In this document: piece by piece, positions 38,051 through 50,995 of the stretch | How positions within the stretch are numbered: the stretch's first letter is position 1 | How the letters are laid out: every line of letters starts with the position of its first letter | DNA from: Octopus sinensis | Taxonomy: Eukaryota | Direction: 5' to 3' | DNA length: 64,000 nucleotides | Assembly (NCBI RefSeq): GCF_006345805.1 | Contig: NC_043009.1 | Coordinates: forward strand, 39,618,001 to 39,682,000 | Made by a program: the position numbers and the translations under genes | Notes under the pieces: generated by a model | What the model was told of the DNA's origin: nothing | Seen by the model: only the letters and a program-made list of their open reading frames with translations | Databases searched by the model: none

Positions 38051-39850
38051 GACTTCTGGTAAACCTCCTGGGAACGTCCTGCTCTTTAGTGTTAGGGGTG
38101 GATTGGAATGGAGTTTTAGACGTAAAGTGGGATTGAATAGGTTTAGCAGATGGAAGAGAAAGGTGTAAAAGCCTCGCAAACCTGCTCAGACGATTCCAGC
38201 TGTCCGACTGATATCGACTAAATTTCCCGGATGTGCTGGTGTGAACCTGGTCAAACCGCATCGGCTCATCCAGATCATATCTGCATAGGGTATTCTGTAG
38301 AGTAGCAGATAAGGATAGCATAGGTCGTTCATAGTTTAAAGTAGTCGACTACACACACCACAAGTTTGTGATCTCTACAGTCGACTTAGATAAGCTTTAT
38401 AGACAAGGACCTGGTTACTGGAAGCTGAATACGTCGTTGCTGGCGCGTAAAGATTTTTGAGACCAGATTAGTGAACTAGATAAGATGGCGTTGACGTGGG
38501 GCAATAATCAACAATAAATGGTGACCCTAAAAAGGGAGATTATTATAGAATCGATAAGATTTATCAATATCAAAAGACTAGCAGTAGACAGAAACAGAGT
38601 TACGAAGCTAGACGAGGCTTTTAGAAAAAGCATCGGGACCGACGTGTTCGCAGCATCATTGACAATCGACTAACACTTCAATGCGAAACACGAAGGTTGC
38701 GTTGTCAGAGTTAAGGCACGACTTCTTAGACACGAAGGGACAAAAACGGTTCAATTGGCACGAGTGGCAGAAACACGGTGTGGCAATAAATTACGATCTG
38801 ATCCTAGCCGGACCCCGGAGGGCAAATGATAACTGATACGAGATAGATGTGTGCGGCTTTCAGTATCGCTTCGCTCAAGTGTTAAGGAGCAGCAGTGAGC
38901 TGAGTCACAGGATGAATTTCACGTCCTACCTCGACGGGCTGCCGCGGCTTTTGGCTACGGAATTGGAGCGCTGCGAAAGACCGATAACAGTCTTTGAAAT
39001 ATGGGAAACAAAGGCTAGCTGCACGTAGGGTAAATCGTCTAGTTGGATGTTCTGTCCTACGATCTTTACGCCTACATGCCAGAATTGTTCGGCGACCTCT
39101 TAGCAAATGTTTACTTCAACTGGCAAGAAAATGGGAGAATTCCTTGTTTTGTGAGCTGAGGAGCTGTGGAATTGATGAGAAAAGACCCGTACAAGGGGGA
39201 TTGTACTGATAATTTTAGGCCCATAGCTCTGCTGAGTGGAGAGTTCAAACTGTTGGTGAAGGTATTAGTAACGAGGCCGGCGCTTGTCGTTGGGGATTTG
39301 GTAGGGGAGGTACAGACATGTCCTACCCCGAAAAGATTCACCCAGGACAACCTCCACCTCAGGTGATACATCACTGAGAATGTGGCTAAAGAACCTGGCA
39401 CGGGTGGGGTCCTGATCAATTTAGATCAGTCTAAGGCTTTCGAGAAGGTCGACCATATATATCTGGCAGTGGTCCCCAAGGCAGCTGGTTTAAGGCCTGT
39501 ATTCATGGGCTTTCAGTCACCTCTCAGAGCCGTTCAACATCATGCGCTTCCGGCTCGGCACCTGGAGAAACAAGTCCCTGCTGTCCAACTGCGTCTTTGA
39601 CCGCTGGACGGACGGACCGGTTAAATTGCTCCGGAACTGGTATGGTCCGGACCTCCAGATGGACGAGAACTGGGACGAGGTAACGAGCAGGGTGACTACT
39701 CTCACCCAGAAATGGGATGAGAGAAAGCTATCACTGAAATGTCAGGCAGAAGTGGCTAATGCGTTTATCACATCTGTCAGCAACTATCGCTTGTTTGCAA
39801 AAGGTGAATTATCCAAACCTCAAAGAATTCCTCTCCACACATGGCTATGA
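38050..39850 (+). mobile_element. Tx1/L1-clade LINE remnant (APE C-terminus plus RT)
   Basis: VLGVDWNGVLD, TWSNRIGSSRSYLHRV, GPGYWKLNTSLL, FRPIALLSGEFKLLVKVL, LINLDQSKAFEKVDHIYL and WDERKLSLKCQAEVAN. Confidence 0.88.
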
Positions 39851-40079
39851 TGCTCTTCCACTTCTTCTGCTCGTAATTATGCTCGACTGGTTAAGCTCAA
39901 ACAACTGACAAGTAAATCTGTGGTATCGAGCAGAATATTTTTAATTTGACTTTCTATACTTTTGAATTTTTGCGTATAACTTTTCATCTTGTACTCGACA
40001 AAGTCAGGCTAGCTGTCGAAGTATCTTTGAACCAATAAAATATCTATTGTAATTGCATCGTGCTCTTCGTATTGTCTAC

Positions 40080-40104
40080 TTATCATCATCATCATCATCA
40101 TCAT

Positions 40105-40142
<38 letters not shown>

Positions 40143-40166
40143 TACTACTACTACTACTACTACTAC

Positions 40167-40206
<40 letters not shown>

Positions 40207-40297
40207 ACAACAACAACTACTACTATTACTACTACTACTGTTACTGCTGCTGCTACTACTACTACTACTACTACTACTACTATTATTATTATTATCA

Positions 40298-40337
<40 letters not shown>

Positions 40338-41010
40338 AGTTGCTAACGTTATTGTCCCACAATGACTATAATTAACTGTGATATACTTTAATGATGTATC
40401 ATAAATATAGCTGATGCATAAGTATATCCTTGGCGCAATTTTAATGTCACTTCAAGCGTTGCTGGGTTTTTGCTTTTATTCAAAGATTATCATCTCAGTT
40501 TAATCACCAAAAACACCTTCGAGTACTTTATAACATCAGAGATAAAATACTTCCTTGCAGGCATAGTTGCAAGGATTTGACATCTCCTTCTGGATGAATG
40601 CATATCTCGCACTATAAATTATGCAAAAATAGGGGTAGCCATCCTCCCGCATCACCATCATTGCCACCTGCACCATTACCATTAGCACAAATACAACCAA
40701 CACAACTACCATCTGCGTCAACATTACCATCGTCGACGCCACCATCGTCAGCAACACACCACCGTTTACTGCAGCAGTAATAGTGCCACCACTGCGACCA
40801 CCACAAACACAATCACCACCACACACCACCACCACCACCACTATTACCGCCACCATCATCATCACAACCACTACCACCACTGCCATCACCGCCATCACCG
40901 TCACCACCTATACCTCCACTACAATCATTACCATCATCATCACCACCAACACAATCATTACCACAACCACCACCATCGCCACCACCACCACCACCACCAC
41001 CACCACCACC

Positions 41011-41060
<50 letters not shown>

Positions 41061-41753
41061 CGCCACCACCACCACCACCACAACTACTGCCACCATCATC
41101 ATCACCACCACTACCACTGCAACCATCACCGCAACAACTACTACTACTACACCACCAACATTATCATCACTAGCACCACCATCGCTACCACTTACACCAC
41201 AACAGCAGCAGCAGTAACACTAGCACCAACACAACACTAATGCCATCACCACCACCACCAACAACAACAACAGCAACACCTCTATAACCAGCAACAGTAG
41301 CAGCAGCATCATCAACATCACCGCTACCACCATCACCTGCAGCACAAACACAGCAACCTATAATACCATTCCTGTTCCTTCCTGCAGCGTCGGCACCGCC
41401 GCCACAACTGCAGCCATCATCGTTAAAAGCTCCACCAACCTGCGGCACCATCAACATTATTTGCAGTGCCAACAACATTAACCATACGACCAGCAACACC
41501 GCCTGTAGCAGCACCACCGTCACCTCCATGATATATTACCACCAGCACCATTGTCATCAATACCACCAAGAATTCTACCGCCACCATCACTACTCTGACC
41601 TCACCGCCACCATCACAAACACCACTACCACACCACCACCACCACCACCACCACCAGCATCTCAGCATCAGTGTCACTACGTTGCGACATCGGCACTTTC
41701 ACCACCGCTATTAACACACCTACCACCAACACAAAAACTACTACCACATCCAT

Positions 41754-41784
<31 letters not shown>

Positions 41785-42012
41785 GCCACTACTACTACTA
41801 CTACTACTACTACTAATACTCGCCACCACCGCATCACCACCATCACAAACACCACCACTACCACCACCACTACCACTACCACTACCAGCATCTCAGCACC
41901 AGTGCCACTAGCTGCGACATTGGCACTATCATCACCGCTATGACCACACCTACCACCAACACAACAACCACTACCACATCCATTACTACTACTACTACTA
42001 CTACTACTACTT
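40080..42012. repeat. Large compound trinucleotide region (CAT/TAC/AAT; CAC/CAA/CAG)
   Basis: Directly visible; includes a duplicated block at about 41600-42012. Confidence 0.93.
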
Positions 42013-42791
42013 AATGTTGCCATGCTTATTATCGTTATATTTGTCGATATCATTTACCTGGTGGTCTAATGCAAGTTGTTTGATATTTTCCATTTCACTG
42101 ATGATATTTCACACCAAATAGCCAGAAGCGCCGTGTATGTATATATTAACCATAGCTACAGCTGAAAGAAAATAAATGTCTTGTAGCAATATATTTGTTT
42201 TTCCTTCTTTTTTTTTTCTTCGAATAATTATTAATAGAATATACATAACAACACGTTATTTTAGTTATAAGCAACAACTTACGACCAAATGTTTCGCTGT
42301 TAATCATTATACAAAATAAAGAGCTTCATACGAAGCAACGTTAGGAATACATCTTCAGTCTTCAATATAAAAGTACTGTCCAGTCAATAATGAATTCTCT
42401 ACGTAGTCTTTTGTCCTGCTAGAAATAACAACCAAGTTCTATCAAAATATACTACAAAATCTTTTAAAGAATATGTGTAATTTTATTTTTAATATCATCT
42501 TATGTAATTTTGCAAGCTTGGGAGAAGTTTTATATCGTATTGCATATATTGAAAAATAAAATGGGTTTGTCAGCGCTTCAGGGCTTTTCTCATAAGGTCT
42601 CCCTTCTCAGATCTCACCTTTGGCTGAACAGCAAAATCAGTAACAGCTACATCAACAACAGCAACAAACACATCGTGTGAAATTACCTACGGCTACACAT
42701 ACTGTTCTTTCTGATATCTTTTAAAGTAGGCTCGCATTTTCTGTGACTCATTAAAAGTGTGTAGCTTAATAACAACAGCAGCAGCAGGTAT

Positions 42792-42829
<38 letters not shown>

Positions 42830-42844
42830 ACATCAATAATGAAT

Positions 42845-43044
42845 TCAAATTTTTGGTACTAGGCCAGCAATTTCGAGGGGTGGGATTGAATCGATTACAT
42901 CGATCCCAGTGTTCAATGTTATTTTATCGACCCAGAATGGACAAAAAGTAAAGACTACATTGGCGGCATTTGAACGTAGAAAGTAAACATCTAGAAGGAA
43001 TGCATTTTGTCTGGTGCGGTAGAGGTTCTGCCAACTCACCTCCT
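42845..43044 (-). mobile_element. Degenerate family-A SINE
   Basis: atcgattacatcgatcccagtg...ttttatcgacccag...gttctgccaactcacctcct. Confidence 0.75.
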
Positions 43045-43064
43045 AAATAATAATAATAATAATA

Positions 43065-43103
<39 letters not shown>

Positions 43104-43123
43104 TAATAATAATAATAATAATG

Positions 43124-43173
<50 letters not shown>

Positions 43174-43175
43174 TT
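43045..43175. repeat. (AAT)n array
   Basis: Directly visible. Confidence 0.97.
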
Positions 43176-43179
43176 TATT

Positions 43180-43466
43180 ATAAAAAAAGGTACTGAAACC
43201 TATTTGAAAATGATTCCAGGCTTACCATCCCTACAGGAAGTGCAAAAAATCGTATTAACTGCAACGGCTCATTTCCTGAGAAGAGCATTATCGCTGTGAA
43301 AACAACATCCATCCATGAATTTATTTATTTATTAATTTTTAAATACATATTTTATCTGTGAATTTGCGTGTGTAATCTGGGAATGCATACAATGCCCTTC
43401 TCTGCCCTAGGTTTATGGAAAACACTCAGCGAGAAACGGAAGAAAATTTGAAGAAAGAAGGAAAAA
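43180..43466 (+). mobile_element. R4/Dong-like RLE retrotransposon 3' end with UTR, running into (AAT)n
   Basis: KKGTETYLKMIPGLPSLQEVQKIVLTATAHFLRRALSL* resembles the C-terminus of R4-clade ORFs. Confidence 0.72.
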
Positions 43467-43473
43467 CAATAAT

Positions 43474-43511
<38 letters not shown>

Positions 43512-43522
43512 GTAATAATAAT

Positions 43523-44250
43523 TGTCGAGTTCCAGGGTTCCAAGGTACTTGTACCCATCATCATTCGGGTTTTCCATTCTCTCTTCGTTGGACAACTCTG
43601 TGCCCCTAAAATCTGCTCGTTTCAAAGTAAGCACCGCACACTTCGTGATACCGAATTCCATCCCTATATCCACATCTGCACAGTGTCAGCCAACGTCTCC
43701 AGTTCAGGATCTGTTATTGGGAAGAGTTTTAAATCATCCATGAAGAAAAGGTTGAGGGACGAGGTCCATTCTTTTTCAGTTCATAGTCGGCGTTGACTTT
43801 ACGTATGACTACAGAAAGTGGGATCAAGGCTAAAAAAAATAACAGAGCTGAACAAGAGTCTCCTTTGAAAATACCTTTTGATTGTTACCTCGGCTAAGCG
43901 CTGGTTGTTACAGAAAAGACGTGTATTCCAACTAGGAATGCTGTTCTTAATCAGTGCACAGACGTTCTCAGCTATTACACATATGTCGAGTGTATCCAAA
44001 GTCCACGAATACGGCAACATGTAACCCTTTTCAAAATCTAACCAGGCCACACACAAGTTTTCTTAGTACCGTTTATAGTTCTTCATTACAACCTTGTCAA
44101 TCACAATGTGGTCCTTGGTGCTCTTGGATCCTTTTCGACATTCCTTTTCTTCTAATGGAAGTAGATTGTTTTCCGCAAGGAACGTATATATTTTTCCTGC
44201 CAGGATGCCTGTTAACACCTTCCATAGGAATTTAGCATTACTAAACACCG
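43523..44250 (-). mobile_element. R4/Dong-like RT fragment
   Basis: LLPLEEKECRKGSKSTKDHIVIDK, VAWLDFEKGY..LPYSW, EVTIKR, DIGMEFGITKCAVLTLKR and GYKYLGTLELD. Confidence 0.85.
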
Positions 44251-44404
44251 CACTTTCGTTACAGTAAAATTAAGAACATCAAACTAAACCATAGCACATA
44301 ACCGAGGCACACAGAGCTGCACTCGGTAGTAAAGTGAAAGCAATTGATAAAAATAAGACTACTGACTAATAATAGCAACAACAACAACAATAACATTAAT
44401 AAAG

Positions 44405-44850
44405 CCCTGACACACTGGTGCTCATCGCTTCTGATCTCAACTGATTGGAAATTTTTATCATGTACATGTTTTGTCTTGGTATAAAAAGATGGGCTTACAG
44501 CAAATATTGTGTTGAAGGCCACACATTTGCTTGCCAGTAGCTTGACCTTAACCAGCTGATCATGCCCCACAGTGGTTAACAATACAACCACGAGTAGAAT
44601 TAGTAGGGGAGCATCATAATCATGTGTTTGGAGGAATTCCCTGGTGTTTGAATAATTCACCTCTGAAAATATGGTTGTTTTGTTCTTCATCCTTAAACAT
44701 GCGCGACATGATGATATGAGATCACCATGTCGGGCGCATATGGTTATAATGCACGTGGCTGGTGTACCTTTACCAGACGGTTAGTCAAGATGGATATATT
44801 GGGCTTCGTATATTTGTACACCATTGTCACTTTGCTGGCATGCGCTGCCC
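44405..44850. mobile_element. Non-coding interspersed repeats (probable SINE/LINE 3' pieces)
   Basis: They resemble recurrent octopus repeats from memory and include the hairpin gcgcgacatg...catgtcgggcgc at about 44701-44738. Confidence 0.45.
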
Positions 44851-44859
44851 CCCCCTCTC

Positions 44860-45400
44860 AAAAATAATATTAATGAATGTTTCAAGGTTAACAAAATTTT
44901 GTGAAGGGGTGAGACATTACATCAAATCCAGTATTCGAGAAAGTATGGCTTGAAAATCATAACATGCCGGCGGAAAATAACATTACTAGGTGAGACAAGC
45001 TGACACTGAATTAGCTTCGCTGATTGACAGGTGACGGTCGTTTAGAGAATGCGTGGGCTAAGACTACGCGCCTTCATTGGTCAGTTAAAGTTGAGACAGT
45101 GTCACGTGACAACTTGTTGGGGCTGCCTGCTGGAGCCTAGCAGCAGGTATTTAAAGGGGAAAAAATTGGCAAGACAGTCAATCACCCGCTGACACTCGTT
45201 GACGCTACATCGAAGAGGCCAGGGAACAGAAGAAAGAAGAAAGAAGACATGCATCCAATACCAGACCTGAAGACACCTCCGAAAGGGGGGCCCGCCACGT
45301 CAGAGCGGTGGAGGAGTAGGGGCCGAAACCGGACGTGGTTCCTCCTGATGATGTCTTGAGCTAAAGGAGCTGTTGTAGTAGCAGACCACGAAACACGTTT
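44860..45400 (+). mobile_element. Penelope-like terminal repeat (pLTR) remnant
   Basis: GC-richer island with a weak ORF tail (NPVFEKVW), promoter-like cattggtc, tgtcacgtgaca and gtatttaaa, then CTGAAGA...GAAAC and CTGATGA...GAAAC motifs. Confidence 0.5.
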
Positions 45401-46244
45401 GAAATTCCATTGGCGTCGAAAAGGATGAAAGTCAAAGTTGACCACGGCGATATTTGAGTTCAGCAAATATAGATCAAGGAGAGATCGTAATCATTTTGTC
45501 ACGTTAGCTTTAGCACAGACACATGGTGAGGAGATTATTTGATTATATTGATCACCGTACGTGACTGGTACTTTATCGACATTGATTTGTTGGCACAGGA
45601 GTATTCAAAATTAGTTTGTTTCCAGATATATTCCTTTAGAAGAAACGAAAGAAATAAACCGTTTTCTCTTTCGGAGAATTAAAGAATAAAAGCTAAACAC
45701 ACGTAGGTTGCATTAATCCGTGCAATTTGTTCACCATGGACGGTTACGATATACAGTTTGCTTAGATCTCGTAATTCTAAGAAGATTCGTAACTTCATTC
45801 AAGTTGAAGACAAGCAAATATTGCAAACCGATCTGCTTCTCATGAAAGAGCACTGTCTATTTCACTTTTGGCATGTCTGTGTCTGTTATATAGTTATTAA
45901 TAAATGTTTTGTCTTTCCATCAATTTGGTGAATTATTCACATTTTCAAGTTTTTTTTCCGTACTTATTCATCTCCATCATCCTTAAATTGTGTAAATCCC
46001 TAAACCCTCTTTCTGCATTTTCCTTTAAGCACGAGTTTCGATCATATAAAATTCCCATTTCATATTTCATCTTTACTTCATATTAACTCGACATTCTGAA
46101 GAGATAAGGAAACGTTATGATCGTTCTGTAAATGTCGATTTTTCTATACTCGACATATAATTATAAACCTACTCGTTCTACGTTGGTTATATATTGACTA
46201 TTTCTTCTTGACAGTGCATAATTCAGTTTTCAAAAATAAATTTT

Positions 46245-46259
46245 TATCTATCTATCTAG

Positions 46260-46296
<37 letters not shown>

Positions 46297-46317
46297 CCAT
46301 CACAACCATTATGCCTG

Positions 46318-46356
<39 letters not shown>

Positions 46357-46357
46357 G

Positions 46358-46398
<41 letters not shown>

Positions 46399-46548
46399 AT
46401 CTATCTATCTATCTATCTATTTATCTATATATATCTCTCTCTCTATCTATCTATATATCTACAAGCTCTTTATCTATCTACTTTCCTACCTATCTATTTA
46501 TATTTATTTTCTCATAACAATAGTTATCTGTCTATATTTATATCTATG

Positions 46549-46608
<60 letters not shown>

Positions 46609-46610
46609 CA

Positions 46611-46643
<33 letters not shown>

Positions 46644-46720
46644 ACGTTCCTACCTATCTATTTATATTTATTTTCTCATAATAGTTATCTGTCTATATCT
46701 ATATCTATGTATCTATCCAT
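46245..46720. repeat. (TCTA)n array with an internal duplicated block
   Basis: Directly visible. Confidence 0.95.
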
Positions 46721-47029
46721 ATATTAATTGAAAACTGCTTTCCTTGCACTGAATTACAATAGTAAGTGAGGAAATCTTAGAAAAGACACAATGAAATCGT
46801 ATATGAAACACTTTTATGCAGCCACTTTCATGGAAATCTGAACCACTATTAACAAGATGTTTCCCTTCTATGGAAATCTAATTACACACACACGCACGCA
46901 TACATGAGCACAAACACAAGCATACATACATACATATATATATTATATATATATATATATATAATATATATATATAATATATATATATATTTGTATGTGT
47001 GTGTGTTTCTTGATTTGTGTAATAATTCG

Positions 47030-47420
47030 GTCATCTAACTTCAGCGAATAAGCCAAGTTGTTTGAGAAAAGGAAAAAAATAATTGCGATATTTTTCCAGT
47101 TCTCTGCAATCGTGTTCAACTTAGGAATGTAAACTTTTGAAGACAACAGGTGCATTTGTATCTGATCCGAAGGTGACGTATTTTTGCGATATCTCTTCCA
47201 GAGCCTTGCCACACAGTCCAGATTCTATCTCCTCTCACCAAACTTTTCATAGAGTGAAATGTCACCCTTCGCATTCCGGTTAACGTATACATGTCTCTAA
47301 ATATCAGGGAGAGTGGCGTCAACTGGAAATTTTTTTATCACAACAGAGGAAAGTACCTTTTCTCAGGGCGGGATAAATGCTGAGACAAAAAAAAAACGTC
47401 ATTTAATTGGGATAAGGTTA
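47030..47420 (+). mobile_element. Possible very old mariner C-terminal remnant
   Basis: ALPHSPDSISSHQTFHRV resembles LPHPPYSPDLAPSDYHLF; LEIFLSQQ follows. Confidence 0.35.
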
Positions 47421-48106
47421 GGGAATACGCTGAAGGTTTTAGTCTAATACACCTTCCCGTCAAATTAAACTAGGATCTTTAATTAATTTAAGAAACAATT
47501 TTTAAGCGGTCCACAAAACTACTCTGGTATGGAGCATCATTTCCTGTAAATATGCCCTTCATTAGTTTCACAGTAAAACCCACTCTCAAAGACATCTAAA
47601 AATCTTCTGATGCTGATGAAAATAACACGTACAAACACAAACCCGCACAAAAACAAACTTCCCTCTCTCATTTTCTCTCTTTCTCACTGTGTGTACTATA
47701 TGTATATATATACATATATATATATATATATTTGATACCATTAGAAGTTATAAACTTTCGAGAGGATGGGAAATAGTTCCTTTCTTAAACTGGATCTCAA
47801 AGTGAATAGTAGCATTGGGCGAAAAAAACGCTTCTGAACATAAAAATTTGTAGGCTGCACATGATCCCATACCAACTGTAGACATAACAAGCGTTATTTA
47901 TGGACTTTTTTCTACTCAAAACTTTTCTTCGGCCCACATCTCTTATGTCTATCGAGATCCACTGTTTTAAAAAAAGACTTATGTATGTATATTCTTGCAT
48001 TACGGCTTTCCATATTTACGTTCTTCACTCTTTTAAGCAGCTTTGGCCATATAAAAAGAAATATTTGTATAAAATTAAATTTAGGTGTCGCTAAATAATT
48101 TTTTTA

Positions 48107-48212
48107 TCTTGATAAACATATATGAATGTTAGTGAAGGGAATCTTAATTCGCTGATTATTTTGATAAACATATGTCAATGTTAGTGAAGGGAATTTTAAT
48201 TCGCTGATTATT
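48107..48212. repeat. Two-copy ~54-bp tandem repeat
   Basis: ttgataaacatatatgaatgttagtgaagggaatcttaattcgctgattatt, repeated with a few substitutions. Confidence 0.92.
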
Positions 48213-48899
48213 TTCAAAACGTGTAAAGGGGTGGAAAAATAGCTGGTTGTATGAAAGTCATCTAAGTGATCCCGGTGTGAAACGTTATTAACCATGCGGA
48301 ATGGAGAACTATAGACAGGGAATACTGCATATTATTAAACGCTTGACAGCTATTGAAGCATGGCATATGAAACACTTTTACACTATTGGAGTTTTCGCAA
48401 TCGAATTAGAAATAATCTGAAGTAGTATGTATGATTAATGATTAGGATTTTGTGAACAGGAAGCGTAATGTGAAAATTATCGTTGTAGGTTGATTGGAGA
48501 AACGAAGTTGCAATTACAGACAAGATTATAATTATTTGAATAATAGTTTCCTCTTCAAGTATGGTTGTTATCTACAGTTTGCAGGTTTGGAAACTTTATT
48601 TAAGAATGCAAATAGCAAAAGCAAGCAGTCAGTCTTGATTAGATGTATTTATTAGAACAGGTTAGAGAACAATGCGAATAATTCTTCTGATTGTTCCCAG
48701 TTTGGTTATGAAGAATTATGACTCGGTCGAATTTACTCAACTTCTTTAATAATTGGTGATGGATAACAGAAGTTAGCAAACTTAGAAGGAAAAAGTGAGA
48801 TATGTCGTCGTCGTCATCGTCGTCATTATCATCATCTAAGTCTCTCTTGCACTTCTAAATTTAGTAAGTACTATCATCACTAACTAGATGAATGTTTTC

Positions 48900-48904
48900 A
48901 TGCA

Positions 48905-48959
<55 letters not shown>

Positions 48960-48984
48960 ATGTGTGTGTGTGTGTGTGTGTATG

Positions 48985-49016
<32 letters not shown>

Positions 49017-49490
49017 CATATATATATATATGTATGTAAGTATGTATATATATTATATATGCATACACATATATATCTATATGCATACATACATATATGT
49101 ACAAACATGTACATATGTGCATGTATATAATATACTTCAATACATATGGGTGTACAATATATATGAATATATATGTATATCCATATGTATATGTATATAT
49201 ATATATATGTGTGTGTGCGTGTATTTATAAAAATGCATGTATTATATGTGTGTAGATGTGTATGTGTGTATACATACGGGTATATGTAAACAATATACTT
49301 GAATACATGTGTATATAATACTCATATATATATCCGTACGTATATGTATATATCTATATGTGTGTGTATATATGTATATATACATACACACACATACATA
49401 TGTATACATACATATGTATATACGTTTGTATATATTTATATGTATGTATGTGTAGATGTGAAGATGTGTATGTGTGTGTGGGCACGTACA
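48900..49490. repeat. (TA)n/(TG)n microsatellite block
   Basis: Directly visible. Confidence 0.95.
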
Positions 49491-50620
49491 TCCTCGATAG
49501 GTGTGACAGTATTGCATACCATTTTTATCATGTCCCAGTTGTTCAAAGCACACGTGTTAGGAGTGTAAATCTTCCTTTATACACAGGTACGATATGCAAG
49601 TCATTCAAGCCATCCTTGGACTCGACTCTCGTGTCTGCTTTACAAAAGATTCAGGCGTGTCCTGTTGTATCCGCTTCTTCACAGCAACTTCACCTCATTT
49701 AGGGCATGAAATTATTATTGCCAAGGACTATCTTTCATTGAATGGGACAACAAGCATTTGGAGGGTACCAGATAGAGTCTGCACGGTACATGGTAAAATT
49801 TACGGAGTGGCTGTGTGGTAAGTAGCTTGCTAACCAACCACATGGTTCCGGGTTCAGTCCCACTGCGTGGAATCTTTGGCAAGTGTCTTCTGCTATAGCC
49901 CCGGGCCCACCAATGCCTTGTGAGTGGATTTGGTAGACGGAAACTGAAAGAAGCCTGTCGTATATATGTATATATATATATATGTATGTGTGTGTATATG
50001 TTTGTGTGTCTGTGTTTGTCCCCCTAGCATTGCTTGACAACCGATGCTGGTGTGTTTACGTCCCCGTCACTTAGCGGTTCGGCAAAAGAGACCGATAGAA
50101 TAAGTACTGGGCTTACAAAGAATAAGTCCCGGGGTCGATTTGCTCGACTAAAGGCGGTGCTCCAGCATGGCCGCAGTCAAATGACTGAAACAAGTAAAAG
50201 AGGAAAAAGAGTAGTCCAGGTTGCACCCACTTCGATAACCAAGGCCTCCCACTATCTTCTACAACGCATCGTGACTACAGACCACTTGTGATGCAATCCT
50301 ATAAGTTGGCACTCGTTTGCCTCCACAAATTAGTTTGTCCATTCGCTGGCGACTCGTTCATTGGGCGACGTTGAGGAACTCCCACTGCGTGGTTTGTCTG
50401 CAATGGTTTGTCTCCTCTTGTCTAAAACTCTTCTTTTATCTGTGCATACTATTCTTAATAGTGGTGTCACACAGTAGACAATATGTAGCCTTCTGTAGAT
50501 ACAAAACACCCTGCACCTCATCATTATCAAAGCTCAGACGAACACTTACTTTACCATGCTTTATTTACAATTGAAAGACACGTTCTTGTGTGGCCGGTGG
50601 TCTTAAAAAATCTCATCACA
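49485..50620 (-). mobile_element. mariner remnant interrupted by a SINE
   Basis: Right part: IADKPRSGSSST..., RIASQV, IVGGLGYR. Left part: SMKDS, EVAVKKRIQQD (C-terminal region). The middle is deleted. Confidence 0.65.
49803..50212 (+). mobile_element. CORE-like SINE family B, well-preserved
   Basis: ggagtggctgtgtggtaagtagc (A box), gggttcagtccc (B box), ttggcaagtgtcttc (CORE-like), internal (TA)/(TG) tract and tail gactgaaacaagtaaaagag. Confidence 0.95.
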
Positions 50621-50927
50621 TTCTGTGCTAAACTAAATAGATCTTTTGTTTAGAATAAGGACATAGAGAGACGAAAATTTATTAAAGGTATGTTCTGTTG
50701 GAGAACAATCAAAAGCTTTATTTCTGAAAAAATGATTTAAAAACTGGTCGCTAAAATGAGTAAGGTCCCAAAAGTTTCGACATCTGTAAAACACATAAGC
50801 TTCAAAAAGGGTAAGAGCTGTTTATCTAATGAAATGCTGTACTGTTCTATTTTATACCTTAAGCAGATTATACCATCGGAACATGTATGCATACATCCAT
50901 ACGTACGCACGCACACACGCACGCACG

Positions 50928-50994
<67 letters not shown>

Positions 50995-50995
50995 G

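Noticed and set aside
40783-42053. Thr/His/Pro-rich 'mucin-like' ORFs
   Set aside because: Overlapping ORFs occur in many frames on both strands of a trinucleotide array, with no signal peptide or splice context.
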